DNA of 64,000 bases from Candidatus Sumerlaeia bacterium (GCA_033764015.1 JANRJK010000023.1:106433-170432), one strand, 5' to 3'; counted from the stretch's first letter, positions 50,857-62,247 are shown. Program-made: numbers and translations. Notes: generated by a model from the letters alone, not told the origin.

Positions 50857-53247
50857 ATGAAGCTCTATGGCTTCGCCTTGTCACTTGTCATTCTGGTGCC
50901 TTGTCTTGCATCCTGTGCACGATCCACGAGGTCCCCGATGGAAGGCCCTGAGAAGATTCGGCGTGTGTCCGTCACCGCGAATGAATTCGTCACCGAAGAC
51001 GGCGAGCGCATCGAGCTGCGCGGAGTCAATGCGGGCAACTGGTTCCTTCTCGAGATGTGGATGCTCTCCCACGCGGGAGACGGATTGGTCGACGACTATA
51101 CGTTCAACAAAAATCTTTCCGATCGATTCGGGGAGGAAAGAGCCTGGGAGCTTATGGATGTCTACCGGGAGAATTGGATTCAGCCGCGGGACTTCGAGAT
51201 CATCAAGAGCTTTGGCTTCAACGTTGTGCGTCTGCCATTCAATTACGAGCTTATCGCCCGCTACGAAGGGGATGAACTTGTCTTGAGGAAGGACCCATTC
51301 TTCTGGTTGGACCGCGCTGTTGAACTCGCGGAAGCACACGGTCTGTATATTATCATCGACATGCATGGCGTTCCGGGGCGCCAGTCGGTCGACCAGCCGG
51401 CGGGACGAGTCGGGCTGAATCAGTTGTGGAGCAACCGCAAGAATCAAGAGCGGACGGTCTGGCTTTGGGGAGAGATCGCCAAGCATTACGAAGGACGCGG
51501 GTCCATCGCCGGCTATGACCTCATCAACGAGCCCTACGGAAATTTCTCAATGGATGTCCGTCCCGTTCTTGGTCCCCTCATGTACGAAATCGCGGATAAG
51601 ATCCGATCCATCGACAAGGATGTTGTTCTCTTCTTCTCGAACCCGATCTGGGGTGGCCATGCATTCTATGGCAGTCCCCGTGAACGAGGTTATAGAAACA
51701 TCGCCTTCACTGAGCATCATTACCCGGGCCTGTTTGGCAGTGAGAGAAGCCTCCGCTCTCACTGGGGACTGTTTGGAGACATCCCTGCTAAAGCCAAGAA
51801 AATCAGTGCTCAAGGAGGCCCCCTCTTCATTGGCGAGTTCAATCCTGTCTTCGAGGATCTCGGGGGCGGCGACCTGATGCGTGCCTATTTCGACCGCTAC
51901 GCCGCAGCCGGGTGGGCCTCCACGATATGGTCCTACAAAATACTACACAAAGAAGGAAGCGCTATCACTGACAATTGGTACATGGCTACCAACAAGGCGC
52001 CATTGATGCGGATTGATTTCCGTACGGCACCGGAGGAAGAGATCCGCGCTTGGTTCGAGAGTCTTGGGTCGATGGAGTTGATTGTGGATGAACCGATGCG
52101 CTTGGCGCTGACGCGTCCCGATCCGGTCGCCATTCCGATCCACACTCTGGAGCGTGGTACGAGTGAGCCTCCGGCCAAGGATGTGTTCGTGGGTTGGAGC
52201 GCTACGGATATTGGCGACGCCAAGGCAGGTGGGCAGAAGGTATACCATCAATCAGCGGTTGAAATCTACGGAGCTGGATCGGATATCTGGGCCAATAGTG
52301 ATAGCTTCCGGTTTGTCGGGGCTCCGGCCGGGGCGACGCAACTGTCAGCTAGACTTCATCACCTTGTTGATACAGCGCAATACGCTAAGGCGGGAGTAAT
52401 GCTGCGTGGCGGGCTCGATGCGGATGCGCCTTTTGCGTTCCTGCACATTTTCAACGATGGACGCATCATGTTCTCCCAGCGCAACGAAAGCGGTGGGACT
52501 GTTGTTGAGCGACCCGTCGGCAATTTTACGTTTCCCGTGGACTTGCGTCTGACCAAGGAAGGCGGCAAGGCTGTCGCATGGATTTCAATGGATCAAGGTA
52601 ATGGTTGGAGTCGAATTGCTGAAGTCTCGATTAGCGACATCGACAACGCACAGTTCGGCCTCGCAGTCTCGAGCCACGCGCCGGATCGCTTCACAACCGC
52701 GGGCTTTTCGCATATCAGCACGGACGGCAACCCTCCGGCGGATCCGAGCAATCCCTTCCCGCCGCCCGCGAATCCCGAGAAAGTGCAAATCGCGAACCCC
52801 TCATTCGAAGGCGCTGATGGCTGGACCTACGGTAGCGTCAAGGGTGCGCCGACGCCCGGTGGCAAGCAAGGCGGTCGGTCCTTCCACGCACAGCTTGCGG
52901 AGGGGGAGACTGCGTTCGCCTATCAAGTGCTACCAGTCTTGCGGCCGAACAGTGAAGTGACGCTGAACGCCGCCGTCCGTGCTGCGGGCGCCACACGAGA
53001 CAGTGAATGGGGGGCGGCTGTATTGCGCCTCCAGCTGCAGCTTCCCGATGGTCGGTGGCTGACGTTTGCCGAGCAGCGGTCGGCACTCTCCGGCGCAAGC
53101 AAGAACTGGACATCGATAACCTTGCGGGCGGCAATACCTGGCGGCTACCCTCTGCGTCTTGCCGTTGGCGGCGTGGGCGTTTCGCCTCGGTTGGACGGTG
53201 CGGTCATTAGCATCGCCGACGTGGAAGTCACTGTAATGGAGAAATAG
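50857..53247 (+). CDS. GH5 glycoside hydrolase lipoprotein with C-terminal beta-sandwich domains
   Basis: Lipobox LASC, LRGVNAGNW, FNVVRLP, DLINEP, FIGEF; AT-richer than neighbours. Confidence 0.88.
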   Translation: MKLYGFALSLVILVPCLASCARSTRSPMEGPEKIRRVSVTANEFVTEDGERIELRGVNAGNWFLLEMWMLSHAGDGLVDDYTFNKNLSDRFGEERAWELMDVYRENWIQPRDFEIIKSFGFNVVRLPFNYELIARYEGDELVLRKDPFFWLDRAVELAEAHGLYIIIDMHGVPGRQSVDQPAGRVGLNQLWSNRKNQERTVWLWGEIAKHYEGRGSIAGYDLINEPYGNFSMDVRPVLGPLMYEIADKIRSIDKDVVLFFSNPIWGGHAFYGSPRERGYRNIAFTEHHYPGLFGSERSLRSHWGLFGDIPAKAKKISAQGGPLFIGEFNPVFEDLGGGDLMRAYFDRYAAAGWASTIWSYKILHKEGSAITDNWYMATNKAPLMRIDFRTAPEEEIRAWFESLGSMELIVDEPMRLALTRPDPVAIPIHTLERGTSEPPAKDVFVGWSATDIGDAKAGGQKVYHQSAVEIYGAGSDIWANSDSFRFVGAPAGATQLSARLHHLVDTAQYAKAGVMLRGGLDADAPFAFLHIFNDGRIMFSQRNESGGTVVERPVGNFTFPVDLRLTKEGGKAVAWISMDQGNGWSRIAEVSISDIDNAQFGLAVSSHAPDRFTTAGFSHISTDGNPPADPSNPFPPPANPEKVQIANPSFEGADGWTYGSVKGAPTPGGKQGGRSFHAQLAEGETAFAYQVLPVLRPNSEVTLNAAVRAAGATRDSEWGAAVLRLQLQLPDGRWLTFAEQRSALSGASKNWTSITLRAAIPGGYPLRLAVGGVGVSPRLDGAVISIADVEVTVMEK

Positions 53248-53377
53248 TCGAGCGTCGGAAGGGAAACATAGAAGCATACTTCGCCATGAATCGGGCCGGT
53301 ATCTGGAATTGGTCCGGTCGGATGAATGTTCGCAAGAGCTCCTTCAGAAGGAAGTGCTAGTCCACACATCTGCGTAG

Positions 53378-53515
<138 letters not shown>

Positions 53516-53988
53516 CGAACGCGGGGCGGGGAGGGGCAGGTCGCCGCCCCCCCGACCGATCGCCGGGGCGCTCCATTAGCGTTCCTGTCGCCTGCGGCTA
53601 TCCGGTGGCTGGCGCGGAGGCATCGGAGCGCATGCCCGCGGGCGAACCGCGGAATTGATCGCGTCTACACCGAATCCCAAGGCCGGCGAGCCGTGATCAC
53701 GGCGCTCCACGATCTGCGGCCGCCACCCCCCAATGCCCGCTGGGCGCTGACAAGACTCCCCCGGCACGCGAAGCACTGCGGAGTTGACGGTCCACCGTCG
53801 CCACGGCCCCCCGACCCTCGACGCAAGCAGTGCCCGGGCGAATGCTCGCTTCCTAAGCGGTGCACCCTGAAACAAGCGCGTCATCTCGCAAGGCGGGGCA
53901 GAGGAGGGGCTGTGGTCAGCACCGCGTAGCCGCGTTCCGGGGATTTAGAACCGGCGTAGCCGCTGCAGCATTTGGGTGAAGGTTGAGA

Positions 53989-54065
53989 TGGTACCGGAAG
54001 TGGGATTCGAACCCACGACCCCCAGATCCACAATCTGGTGCTCTAACCAACTGAGCTATCCCGGC
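53989..54065 (-). tRNA. tRNA-His (GUG)
   Basis: GCCGGGA TA GCTC AGTTGGTTA GAGC A CCAGA TTGTGGA TCTGG GGGTC GTGGG TTCGAAT CCCAC TTCCGGT A CCA; full cloverleaf with encoded CCA. Confidence 0.97.
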
Positions 54066-54191
54066 ACCGGGCGCGCTATGATCCGCGCGAGCCTGGGAGT
54101 CCAACGCGCCGCGCCCTCCGAAGTCAATGGTTCTTGCATCCGCAGCCGGTTTCGAGGCGGTATGTCCGAAATCGGCTAAGGACCTCCCCCC

Positions 54192-54677
54192 ATGCAGCCT
54201 CCCGAACCCACGACGCAACACCGCTGGCTCGCGCAACTCGTCGGCGATTGGACCAGCGAGTGCCTCTTCCAGCCCGAGCCGGGCGCCCCGACCCAGTCGG
54301 TCCACGGCCGCGAGACGGTGCGCGCCATCGGCGGCCTTTGGATCGTCCTCGAGGGCCGCGGCCAGATGCCCTGTTCGGACCTCGAGGCCCACACCATGAT
54401 GACCCTCGGGTACATCCCGGAGTCGGGCCGGTTCGTCGGCTCGTGGGTAGGCTCCATGATGACCTTGCATTGGGTGTACGACGGCGAGCTGGACGAGGCC
54501 GCGGGCACGCTGACGCTAAGCAGCGAAGGACCCGCCTTCGACGCCCCCGGCAAGAGGACAAGATTCCGGGATGTGGTCCGGTTGCTGGACCCGGGACACC
54601 GGACGCTGACCGGCCTGATGCTGGCGCAGACGGGGGAGTGGGTCGAGCTGTGCACCACGCACTACCGCAGGGTTTAG
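54192..54677 (+). CDS. DUF1579 family protein
   Basis: QHRWLAQLVGDW, GRETVRAIGGLW, TLGY...FVGSWVGSMMT. Confidence 0.75.
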   Translation: MQPPEPTTQHRWLAQLVGDWTSECLFQPEPGAPTQSVHGRETVRAIGGLWIVLEGRGQMPCSDLEAHTMMTLGYIPESGRFVGSWVGSMMTLHWVYDGELDEAAGTLTLSSEGPAFDAPGKRTRFRDVVRLLDPGHRTLTGLMLAQTGEWVELCTTHYRRV

Positions 54678-54684
54678 CGGCGGC

Positions 54685-55370
54685 TCAGGCCAGGAAGACG
54701 TAGCGCAGGCTCATCCAGATGCCGGCGACGATGAAGACGGCGCCGGTCGCGCGGCGCGCCCACAGCTCGAACGCGCCGATACGCTTGAAGGCGGCGCCGA
54801 GGCCCTTCGCCCCGCCCGCCAGCAGCGCCGCGAAACCCAACACGGGCAGCGCGTGCCGACTCCGTAGAGCGCCGGCAGGGCAAACGGCGAATCGATCCCG
54901 ACCGCCAGCGGAAGCAGGCTGCCGAAGAACAGCGCGGCCGAGGTGGGGCAGAAGGACAGCGCGAACACCACGCCCAGCAACCACGCGCCCCAAACCCCCA
55001 GCCCGTCGGCCTTCTCCCGCAGACCGGCCCCGCCGCCGCCCCCGGAAAAAGGCGACTCCAGCAACCCCGCCAGCAGCATCCCCACCAGCACCAGCAGCGG
55101 CCCCAGCAGGATGTTCATGTACTTCTGCAGCAGGTGCGACAACTGCGGCACCGCGAGCAGGCTGGCGGACAGCGCCGCCCCCAGCGCGACATAGGTGATG
55201 GTGCGCCCGGCGGCGTAGAGCAGACCCGACGCCAGCACCAGCCGCGCGCTGCCGACGCGGCGCCCAACGTAGGACACCGCGGCGATGTTGGTCGCGAGCG
55301 GGCACGGGCTGATCGACGTCAGCACGCCAAGCCACAGCGCGGCGGCGGACGCCGCCGCGAATTCGTTCAC
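54685..55370 (-). pseudogene. ArsG/CcdA-like membrane protein, frameshifted near 54852
   Basis: SISPCPLATN and LSFCPTSAALFFG in one frame; ALPVLGF...LRYVFLA continues in another (one base missing). Confidence 0.75.
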
Positions 55371-55855
55371 TCCGGCGCGCCGCCCATGAACTCCCGCGAC
55401 GCCGACACCACGTAGTCACCGAACTCTTCCGGCGTGTCCTGCACGTGCACCCAGACGTCCTTCAGGTTCGTCCATCGCGCGACCGCGCCGCCGCGCTCCT
55501 CGACCAGCACCAGCGACTGGAAGGCGAGCTGGAAGTCCTCGCGGAAGTGCTCGTTGGCGGGCTCGTCGTAGTTCACCAGGCGCCACTCGAGGCGGCCCGA
55601 GTCGAGTTCCGCGGCGAAGGCCCGTTCGAGGGTCGAGCTGGAGAGCTCTTCGATCGTGGTGCACGTCTCGCAGCGGATGTTCCCGTGGAAGTAATAGGCG
55701 GCGTAGAGCGGCTCCGCGGTTCCCCCGGCGGGCCTCGCCCGCCGCTCCGCCGCGGGTGGGGCGGGGGCCGCCCGGAACTCCTTCAGGATCGCCGCGCCGA
55801 TGGTCGCCGCGACAAAGGCGAGCAGCGCGGCGGTGGCGAAGGACTTGGCGTTCAT
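55367..55855 (-). CDS. ArsF-like thioredoxin-fold exported protein
   Basis: YYFHGNIRCETCTTIE, N-terminal TM, WTNLKDVW. Confidence 0.75.
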   Translation of the reverse strand: MNAKSFATAALLAFVAATIGAAILKEFRAAPAPPAAERRARPAGGTAEPLYAAYYFHGNIRCETCTTIEELSSSTLERAFAAELDSGRLEWRLVNYDEPANEHFREDFQLAFQSLVLVEERGGAVARWTNLKDVWVHVQDTPEEFGDYVVSASREFMGGAPE

Positions 55856-55868
55856 GGTCCGGCCCCGC

Positions 55869-56102
55869 TCAGGCCAGCATCGCGGCGAGTTCCGCCGCGC
55901 CCGGAAGCCGGCCGGCGACCTTGACCTCGCCGTCCACCACGAGCGCCGGCGTCGTCATGACGCCGAAATCGAGGATGCGGTCGATCTCGGTGACCTTCTC
56001 CAGTTCGTACGCGATGCCGGCGGCTTTGGCCGCGTCCTCCGCCATCCGGGCGAGCTTCGCGCACTTCGGGCATCCCGTGCCGAGCACTTGCAGTTTCTTC
56101 AT
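55869..56102 (-). CDS. Small redox-active disulfide protein (thioredoxin family)
   Basis: MKKLQVLGTGCPKC...GVMTTPALVVDGEVK. Confidence 0.9.
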   Translation of the reverse strand: MKKLQVLGTGCPKCAKLARMAEDAAKAAGIAYELEKVTEIDRILDFGVMTTPALVVDGEVKVAGRLPGAAELAAMLA

Positions 56103-56131
56103 CTCGCGACTCCTTCGCGGGCCGAGGGTGG

Positions 56132-57518
56132 CTACTGGTGGAACGCGCCGTAGAGCATGCCGCTCAGCGTCGCGAGGACGACGACGAGCCCCACGAACGC
56201 GAACGTCTTGCGAGCGCCCATGACGCTGTTGATCACGATCATGTTGGGGAGCGACAGCGCCGGCCCGGCCAGCAGGAGCGCCAGCGCGGGCCCCTCGCCC
56301 ATGCCCGAGCCGAGCAGGCCCGCCACGATGGGGACCTCCGTAAACGTGGCGAAGTACATCAGCGCCCCCGCGACCGACGCGAAGGCGTTCGCCGCGAGCG
56401 AGTTGCCGCCCAACGCATCCTCCACCCACGCGGACGGCACCAGGCCCTCGTGGCCCGGGCGCCCCAGCAGCAGCCCGGAGACCAGCACGCCGGCGAACAG
56501 CAGCGGCAGGATCTTCTTCGCGAAGTCCCACGACTGGGACAGCCACTCGGCCAGCTCGCTGTCGCCGCAAGTCGCCAGCAACGCGACGCACGCCATCGCG
56601 ACGGTGAAGGGCGCGATCGGCACCTCCGGGACGAGCGCCGCGGTCGCCGCCACCAGCGCGCAAGCCCCGGCGACCTCGCGCCCGGGGACGCCGTGGAAAC
56701 GCCACAGCCCCGCCGCCAGCAGAAGCCCGAACGCGGCGGTGGCCACCCACTTCCACGACCAGACCGCGTGCCACAGTCCGCTGTCGCCGCCGGGGTGGCC
56801 CCAGTTGGCGAAGACCAGGATGCCCGTCATGGCGCCCAGCATCGCGGCCGTCTGCCAAAGCGGTCGCGCCGGGGGGGGCGTCAAGCCGCACGGCGGCGCC
56901 GGCGGCCCGGGCGGCCTCCTCCGTTGCGAATAGGAAGGTCATCGCCAGGCCGATCGCGATGCTGAAGCCGACCGCGAACAGGGCGCGCGCGATGCCGAGA
57001 TCCATCCCCAGGACACGGGCCGTCATGATGACCGCCAGCAGGTTGATGGCGGGCCCGCTGTAAAGGAACGCCGCCGCCGGCCCCAGGCCCGCGCCGCGCT
57101 TCCAGATCCCAGCGAAGAGCGGCAGCACCGTGCAGGAGCACACCGCCAGCAGCGTTCCGCTCGTCGCCGCCACGCCGTACGCCATCGGCTTGGGCGCCCG
57201 CGGACCGAGGTACTTCATCACCGCCCCTTGGCTCACGAACGCGCCGATCGCCCCCGCGATGAAGAAGGCGGGCACCAGGCACAGCAGCACATGCTCGCGC
57301 GCGTACCACTTGGCCAGCTCGAGCGACTCGTTCAACGCGCCCCGGAACCGATCCGATTCGACAGGCAGGAAGTAGAAGGCGAGGAAGGCTGCGACGAGCG
57401 CCGCGAACACCCGCCCCTCGGGACCCGCCAGCGGCGCCAGGCGCTCGCGGAGCGGAGGGGTCGGCGGTTCCGCTGCCAGCGCCCCCGCGGAGGGGGGCTG
57501 GGAAGCGGCGGCGTTCAA
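56132..57518 (-). pseudogene. ArsP (DUF318) permease, frameshifted at a G8 run near 56871-56878
   Basis: EHVLLCLVPAFFIAG, AVCSCTVLPLF, then YFATFTEVP and AGPALSLP in a different frame. Confidence 0.8.
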
Positions 57519-57832
57519 CGGACCAGCGCCAGGTGCCGCTCGGCGTTCGACCGCACCACCGCGTCGATGCAGTCGACGAACTTGAGCACGCACGGCGTCG
57601 TGAGCCGGTAGAAGACTTGGGCGCCCCGCTTCTCCATCACGACCAATCCCGCGTTCCGCAGCACCGTGAGGTGCTTGGAGACGGTCGACAGGTCGGTCCC
57701 GACCAGTTCGCGGAGCTCGCAGACGCAGCGCTCGCCGCGGGCGAGCTCCTCCATCATGAAGAGGCGCGCCGGGTGCGCCATCGCCTTCAGGATATCGGCC
57801 CGGGCCTCGGTCCTACTGTTGATCGCGGTCAT
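57515..57832 (-). CDS. arsR: ArsR/SmtB-family repressor
   Basis: KAMAHPARL, ERCVCEL, STVSKHLTVL. Confidence 0.88.
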   Translation of the reverse strand: MTAINSRTEARADILKAMAHPARLFMMEELARGERCVCELRELVGTDLSTVSKHLTVLRNAGLVVMEKRGAQVFYRLTTPCVLKFVDCIDAVVRSNAERHLALVR

Positions 57833-57872
57833 GTCGCCGAGGCTCCTGGGCGCCCGCGGGGAATACATGGAC

Positions 57873-57900
57873 ACTTGGCAAAATAGCCAAGTAGTGTCAA
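57873..57900 (-). promoter_or_regulatory. ArsR operator overlapping the promoter
   Basis: Inverted repeat ACTTGGC-N6-GCCAAGT (57873-57892) beside minus-strand TTGACA (57895-57900). Confidence 0.7.
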
Positions 57901-58176
57901 GCGCGAATTTTGTCGACCCTCGGGTTGCATCGGCACCCGCCTAGGCCCGGCCCGCAAGATTCACCTTGCCGGGAGGGGCCTGTTCCGGGTGCAACAGGCC
58001 ACCATGCCGGAATCCTCGCGCCGGTCCGGACCCGCTGGAAGCAATGCGGGCGGGGACCTGCGACGCGGTGGCGCGGCATGGCGCTTGCGCTTTTTTTCAC
58101 AAAGGTTGGGTTTGACCCCTCGCGGGTCACAGCCCAAGATGCTGCGGCAGTTCGGAAATTCAGAGGTCTGGACTCT

Positions 58177-58923
58177 ATGTTACAATACTGGCGCGTGTAC
58201 CTGCTCCTCCTCGTGGCGATGGGCTTCGGTGGAGTCCGCCTCTACGGCTTGTGGTCGAACGCAGGCTACATGCCAGAACAGCCGCTCCCGTTCAGCCACG
58301 TGCTGCACGCGAACGTCCTCAAGATCGACTGCCTATACTGCCACGGCACCGCGGAGCGCGCCGCGCACGCGAGCGTCCCCTCGACCAACACCTGCATGGG
58401 CTGCCACTCGGTCGTGAAGCGCGAGAGCCCCCACATCCAGAAGCTCACGAAGGCCTACGAGAGCGGCGAGCCCATCGAATGGGTCCGCATCCACCGGCTG
58501 CCCGACCACTCGCACTTCAGTCACCAGTGGCACGTCGCCGCAGGCATCGCCTGCCAGGAGTGCCACGGCCCCGTCGAAGAGATGGAAAAGGTCTACCAGG
58601 TGCAGAAGCTCGAGATGAAGGCGTGCATGGACTGCCACCGCCAGGACACCTACGTGGCCGGCGTGCACCACCCGCCCACCTTCCAGGGCGGCTTCGCCGA
58701 GAACCTCACCTCCGGCGAGGTCGACTCGCTCCGCGGGAAGGACCCGGAGGCGTGGCGCGCCATCGAAGGCGGCACGCTCGAGTACGCGCTTCCCGGAGAG
58801 GGCGCCGATCCCTCCGAGGTCGCCGTGAACCTCCTCTACCAGCGCGACCAGTATTACCACGGCCGAGGCTACCAGCTCCGGAACAAGAACGCCTCGGTCG
58901 AATGCACGATCTGTCACCACTGA
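58177..58923 (+). CDS. actA: Alternative complex III pentaheme cytochrome c
   Basis: PEQPLPFSH; CLYCH, CMGCH, CQECH, CMDCH, CTICH. Confidence 0.9.
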   Translation: MLQYWRVYLLLLVAMGFGGVRLYGLWSNAGYMPEQPLPFSHVLHANVLKIDCLYCHGTAERAAHASVPSTNTCMGCHSVVKRESPHIQKLTKAYESGEPIEWVRIHRLPDHSHFSHQWHVAAGIACQECHGPVEEMEKVYQVQKLEMKACMDCHRQDTYVAGVHHPPTFQGGFAENLTSGEVDSLRGKDPEAWRAIEGGTLEYALPGEGADPSEVAVNLLYQRDQYYHGRGYQLRNKNASVECTICHH

Positions 58924-58960
58924 CCGGCCCCGCCGCCGAACAAGGTCGCAACCGCCCCCA

Positions 58961-61900
58961 ATGACCCAGCCGAGCCACCACGACCACCATCGCCCGAGCC
59001 GCCCCGCCGAGGGCGCGCCCGTGTATTGGAGCACCCTCGAGCAGTACTTCGACACGCCCGCCTACCGCGAGCGCGCCGGCGAGGAGTTCTTCCCGGACGC
59101 CAAGCCCGAGCGCTACTTCGAGGCCGAGGACGGAAACGCCGGAAACGGCTCCGGCATGAGCCGCCGCGGCTTCCTCAAGCTGTCCGGCTTCGCCGCCGTC
59201 ATGGCCGCGCTGCAGGGCTGCGAGCGCCCGGTGCAGAAGATCATCCCCTACGTCAACGCGCCCGAGGAGATCACCCCCGGCGTGCAAATGTACTACGCGA
59301 CCACCTGCATGGAGTGCCCCGCCGCATGCGGCGCCATCTCCACCAACCGCGACGGCCGCCCCATCAAGGTGGAGGGCAACGCCGCCCACCCCATGAGCCG
59401 CGGCGGCATGTGCGCCCGCGGGCAGGCCACCTTCCAAAACCTCTACAACCCCGACCGCGTCACGCAGCCCTACGAGTTCTCCGACACCGCGTCGAACTGG
59501 CTGCCGGTCGAGTGGGACGCGGCGATCTCGCGCGCGGCCTCGCAGCTCGCGGCGCTCGGCGGCAAGAAGGTGGTGCTGCTGTCGCCCACGCTGCACGGCC
59601 CGTCGCACCGGCGCCTGCTGGCGGACCTGAAGCGCGCATTCCCGACCTTCGAACATGTGCAGTTCGACCCGCTGCAAAGCGGCGCCGACGCCCGCGCGGC
59701 GGAAAGCCTGTTCGGCGTCCGCGCGCTCCCGCGCTACAAGTTCGACAAGGCCCGCACCGTGGTCCTGTTCGGCGGCGACCCGATCGGCCAGGGCGCCTCG
59801 CGCGTCGAGTACCAGCACGACCTCGCGATGCGCCGCAAGCCGGGCCCCGAGATGTCGCGCCTCTACGCCTTCGAGCCCGTGCCGACCATGACGGGCACCT
59901 ACTCCGACTACCGCTTCCGCGTGGCGCCGCAGCACCTGCTGACGGTCGCCGCGGCGGTGGCCCGCGCCGCCGCCCCCGGTTCGCCGGTGGCCTCCGCGGT
60001 GCCCGCGCTCTCCCTCGAGGACGCGGAGCGCGAAGCCGGCATCCCGGCCGGAACGCTCGCGAAGATGGTCGAGCGCCTGAAGGCCGACGCCGGCGACTCG
60101 ATCGTCTACTGCAACGCGGCCAACAACGCCGGCCCCGAGGGCGAAACGCTCGCCGCGCTCTGCCTCGCGCTCAACCACGCGCTCGGCAACGTCGGCAAGA
60201 CCATCGATCTCGCCGCCACGCCGTCGAACCAGGCGCTCGGCTCGCACCGCGCGCTCGCGGGGCTGGTCGGGGAGATCAACTCCGGCGCCGTCGGCGCGCT
60301 CTTCCTCCTTGATGTGAACCCGGTCTACCAGCTTCCGGAGACGAGCGGCATCGCCGAAGCGATTCCCATGGTTCCCCTGACGGTCTCGCTGTCGCGCTAC
60401 CGCGACGAGAGCGTCTTCTACACAAAGCTCCAGCTTCCCGGCAGGCATTGGCTGGAATCGTGGGGCGACGCGGAGCCGCAGGCGGGGCTCTACAGCATCC
60501 TACAGCCGATGATCGACATGCCCTGGCAGTGCCGCCAGTGGGAGGACACGCTGATGCAGCTCGCCACGGCGGCCGGCAGCGACGTTTTCAAGCGCGAAAT
60601 CCCGCACGCGATCACGGCGACGGACGAAGAGAAGGCCAAGCCGCCCGCCGTCCGCGCCGCCACGTACCACGAGTACGTGAAGGAATCGTGGGCCGATCTC
60701 CACAAGCGCTACGACGTCGAGGCGTCCTTCGACTCCTTCTGGGAGTCGGTGCTCCGCAACGGCTTCTTCGACCAGGCCTACAAGCGGCGCGACGACTTCG
60801 CCTCGGCGCAGCCCGCCTTCAAGGCGGACGGCCTCCGCGCCATGTCCCCGGCCGCCTTCGAGGCGAAGCCTTCGGACCTGAACCTCGTCCTCTACGCCAG
60901 CAACGTCCACGGCGACGGCGACTCGATGCTGATGCCGTTCCTCCTGGAGCTGCCGGACGCGCACACGAAGGTTGCTTGGGACAACTACATCGGCTTGTCG
61001 AAGTCCAAGGCGGACGCGCTCGCCCTCGAGACCGGCGACTGGGCGGAGGTCTCCGCCAACGGCGGCTCCGTGCAGGGCCCGGTTTGGATCTGGCCCGGGC
61101 TGGACGACCGCACGGTGGCGGTGATGCTCGGCTGGGGCCGCCGGATCGCGGCGGGCGTGGGGCCGGGCTACGGCATCGACGCGACACCGCTGGTGAAAGC
61201 GGAATCGAACGGCTGGAGCTACCGCGGCGCGGCGGCGAAGGTCGAGAAGCGCGAGGAGGACACCTCCGCGCGCAACCCGGAGAAGGGCGTCCGGCTCGGA
61301 GCTGTCAACCTCTCCATCTCGAACAGGATCGCCGGGAAGTACCCCTTCGCGAACGTGCAGGGGCACAACTACCTCGAGGGGCGCCCGATCTTCTTCGAGA
61401 CCACGCTGCACCAGCTCGACACGCCGGACTTCGAGCACCACATCTACAACCACCATTCGTCGAACGCGTTCCAGAACATGTGGGGCAAAGAGCACAAGTA
61501 CGCCGGCCACCACTGGGGCATGACGATCGACTACAACGCCTGCTCCTCCTGCGGCGCCTGCGTGGTCGCCTGCCAGGCGGAGAACAACATCCCCGTGGTC
61601 GGCAAGGGCGACGTCATCAAGGGCCGCGAAATGCACTGGATCCGCATCGACCGCTACTACCGCGGCGACGTCGACAACCCGGACCACGCCTTCCAGGCGA
61701 TGCTCTGCCAGCACTGCGGCACCGCGCCGTGCGAAACGGTCTGCCCGGTCATCGCGACCCTCCACAACGACGAGGGCCTCAACACGATGATCTACAACCG
61801 CTGCGTCGGCACGCGCTACTGCTCGAACAACTGTCCGTACAAGGTGCGCCGGTTCAACTTCCTGCTCTACCAGGACTGGGACACGCCGAGCCTCAAGCTG

Positions 61901-62247
61901 CAGCGCAATCCCGACGTGACCGTGCGCAGCCGCGGTGTGATGGAGAAGTGCACCTACTGCGTGCAGCGTATCAACCACGCGCGCGTGTCGGCGAAGCTCG
62001 AAGATCGGCAGATCCGCGACGGTGAGGTGCTGACGGCCTGCCAGTCCACGTGCCCGACCGACGCCATCGTGTTCGGCAACCTGAACGATCCCGAGAGCCG
62101 CGTGTCGAAGCTCAAGGCAGGGAACCGCAACTACTCACTGCTCGCGGAACTCAACACGCGTCCGCGGACGACTTACCTGGCCATCGTGCGGAATCCGAAT
62201 ACGACGCTCGAGCCGGCCGGCACGGCACGCACCGAAGGTGAAGGGTA

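Noticed and set aside
53693..53730. LHDLR peptide near the tRNA end of the island resembling a tyrosine recombinase box
   Set aside because: No other catalytic motifs around it; five residues can arise by chance.
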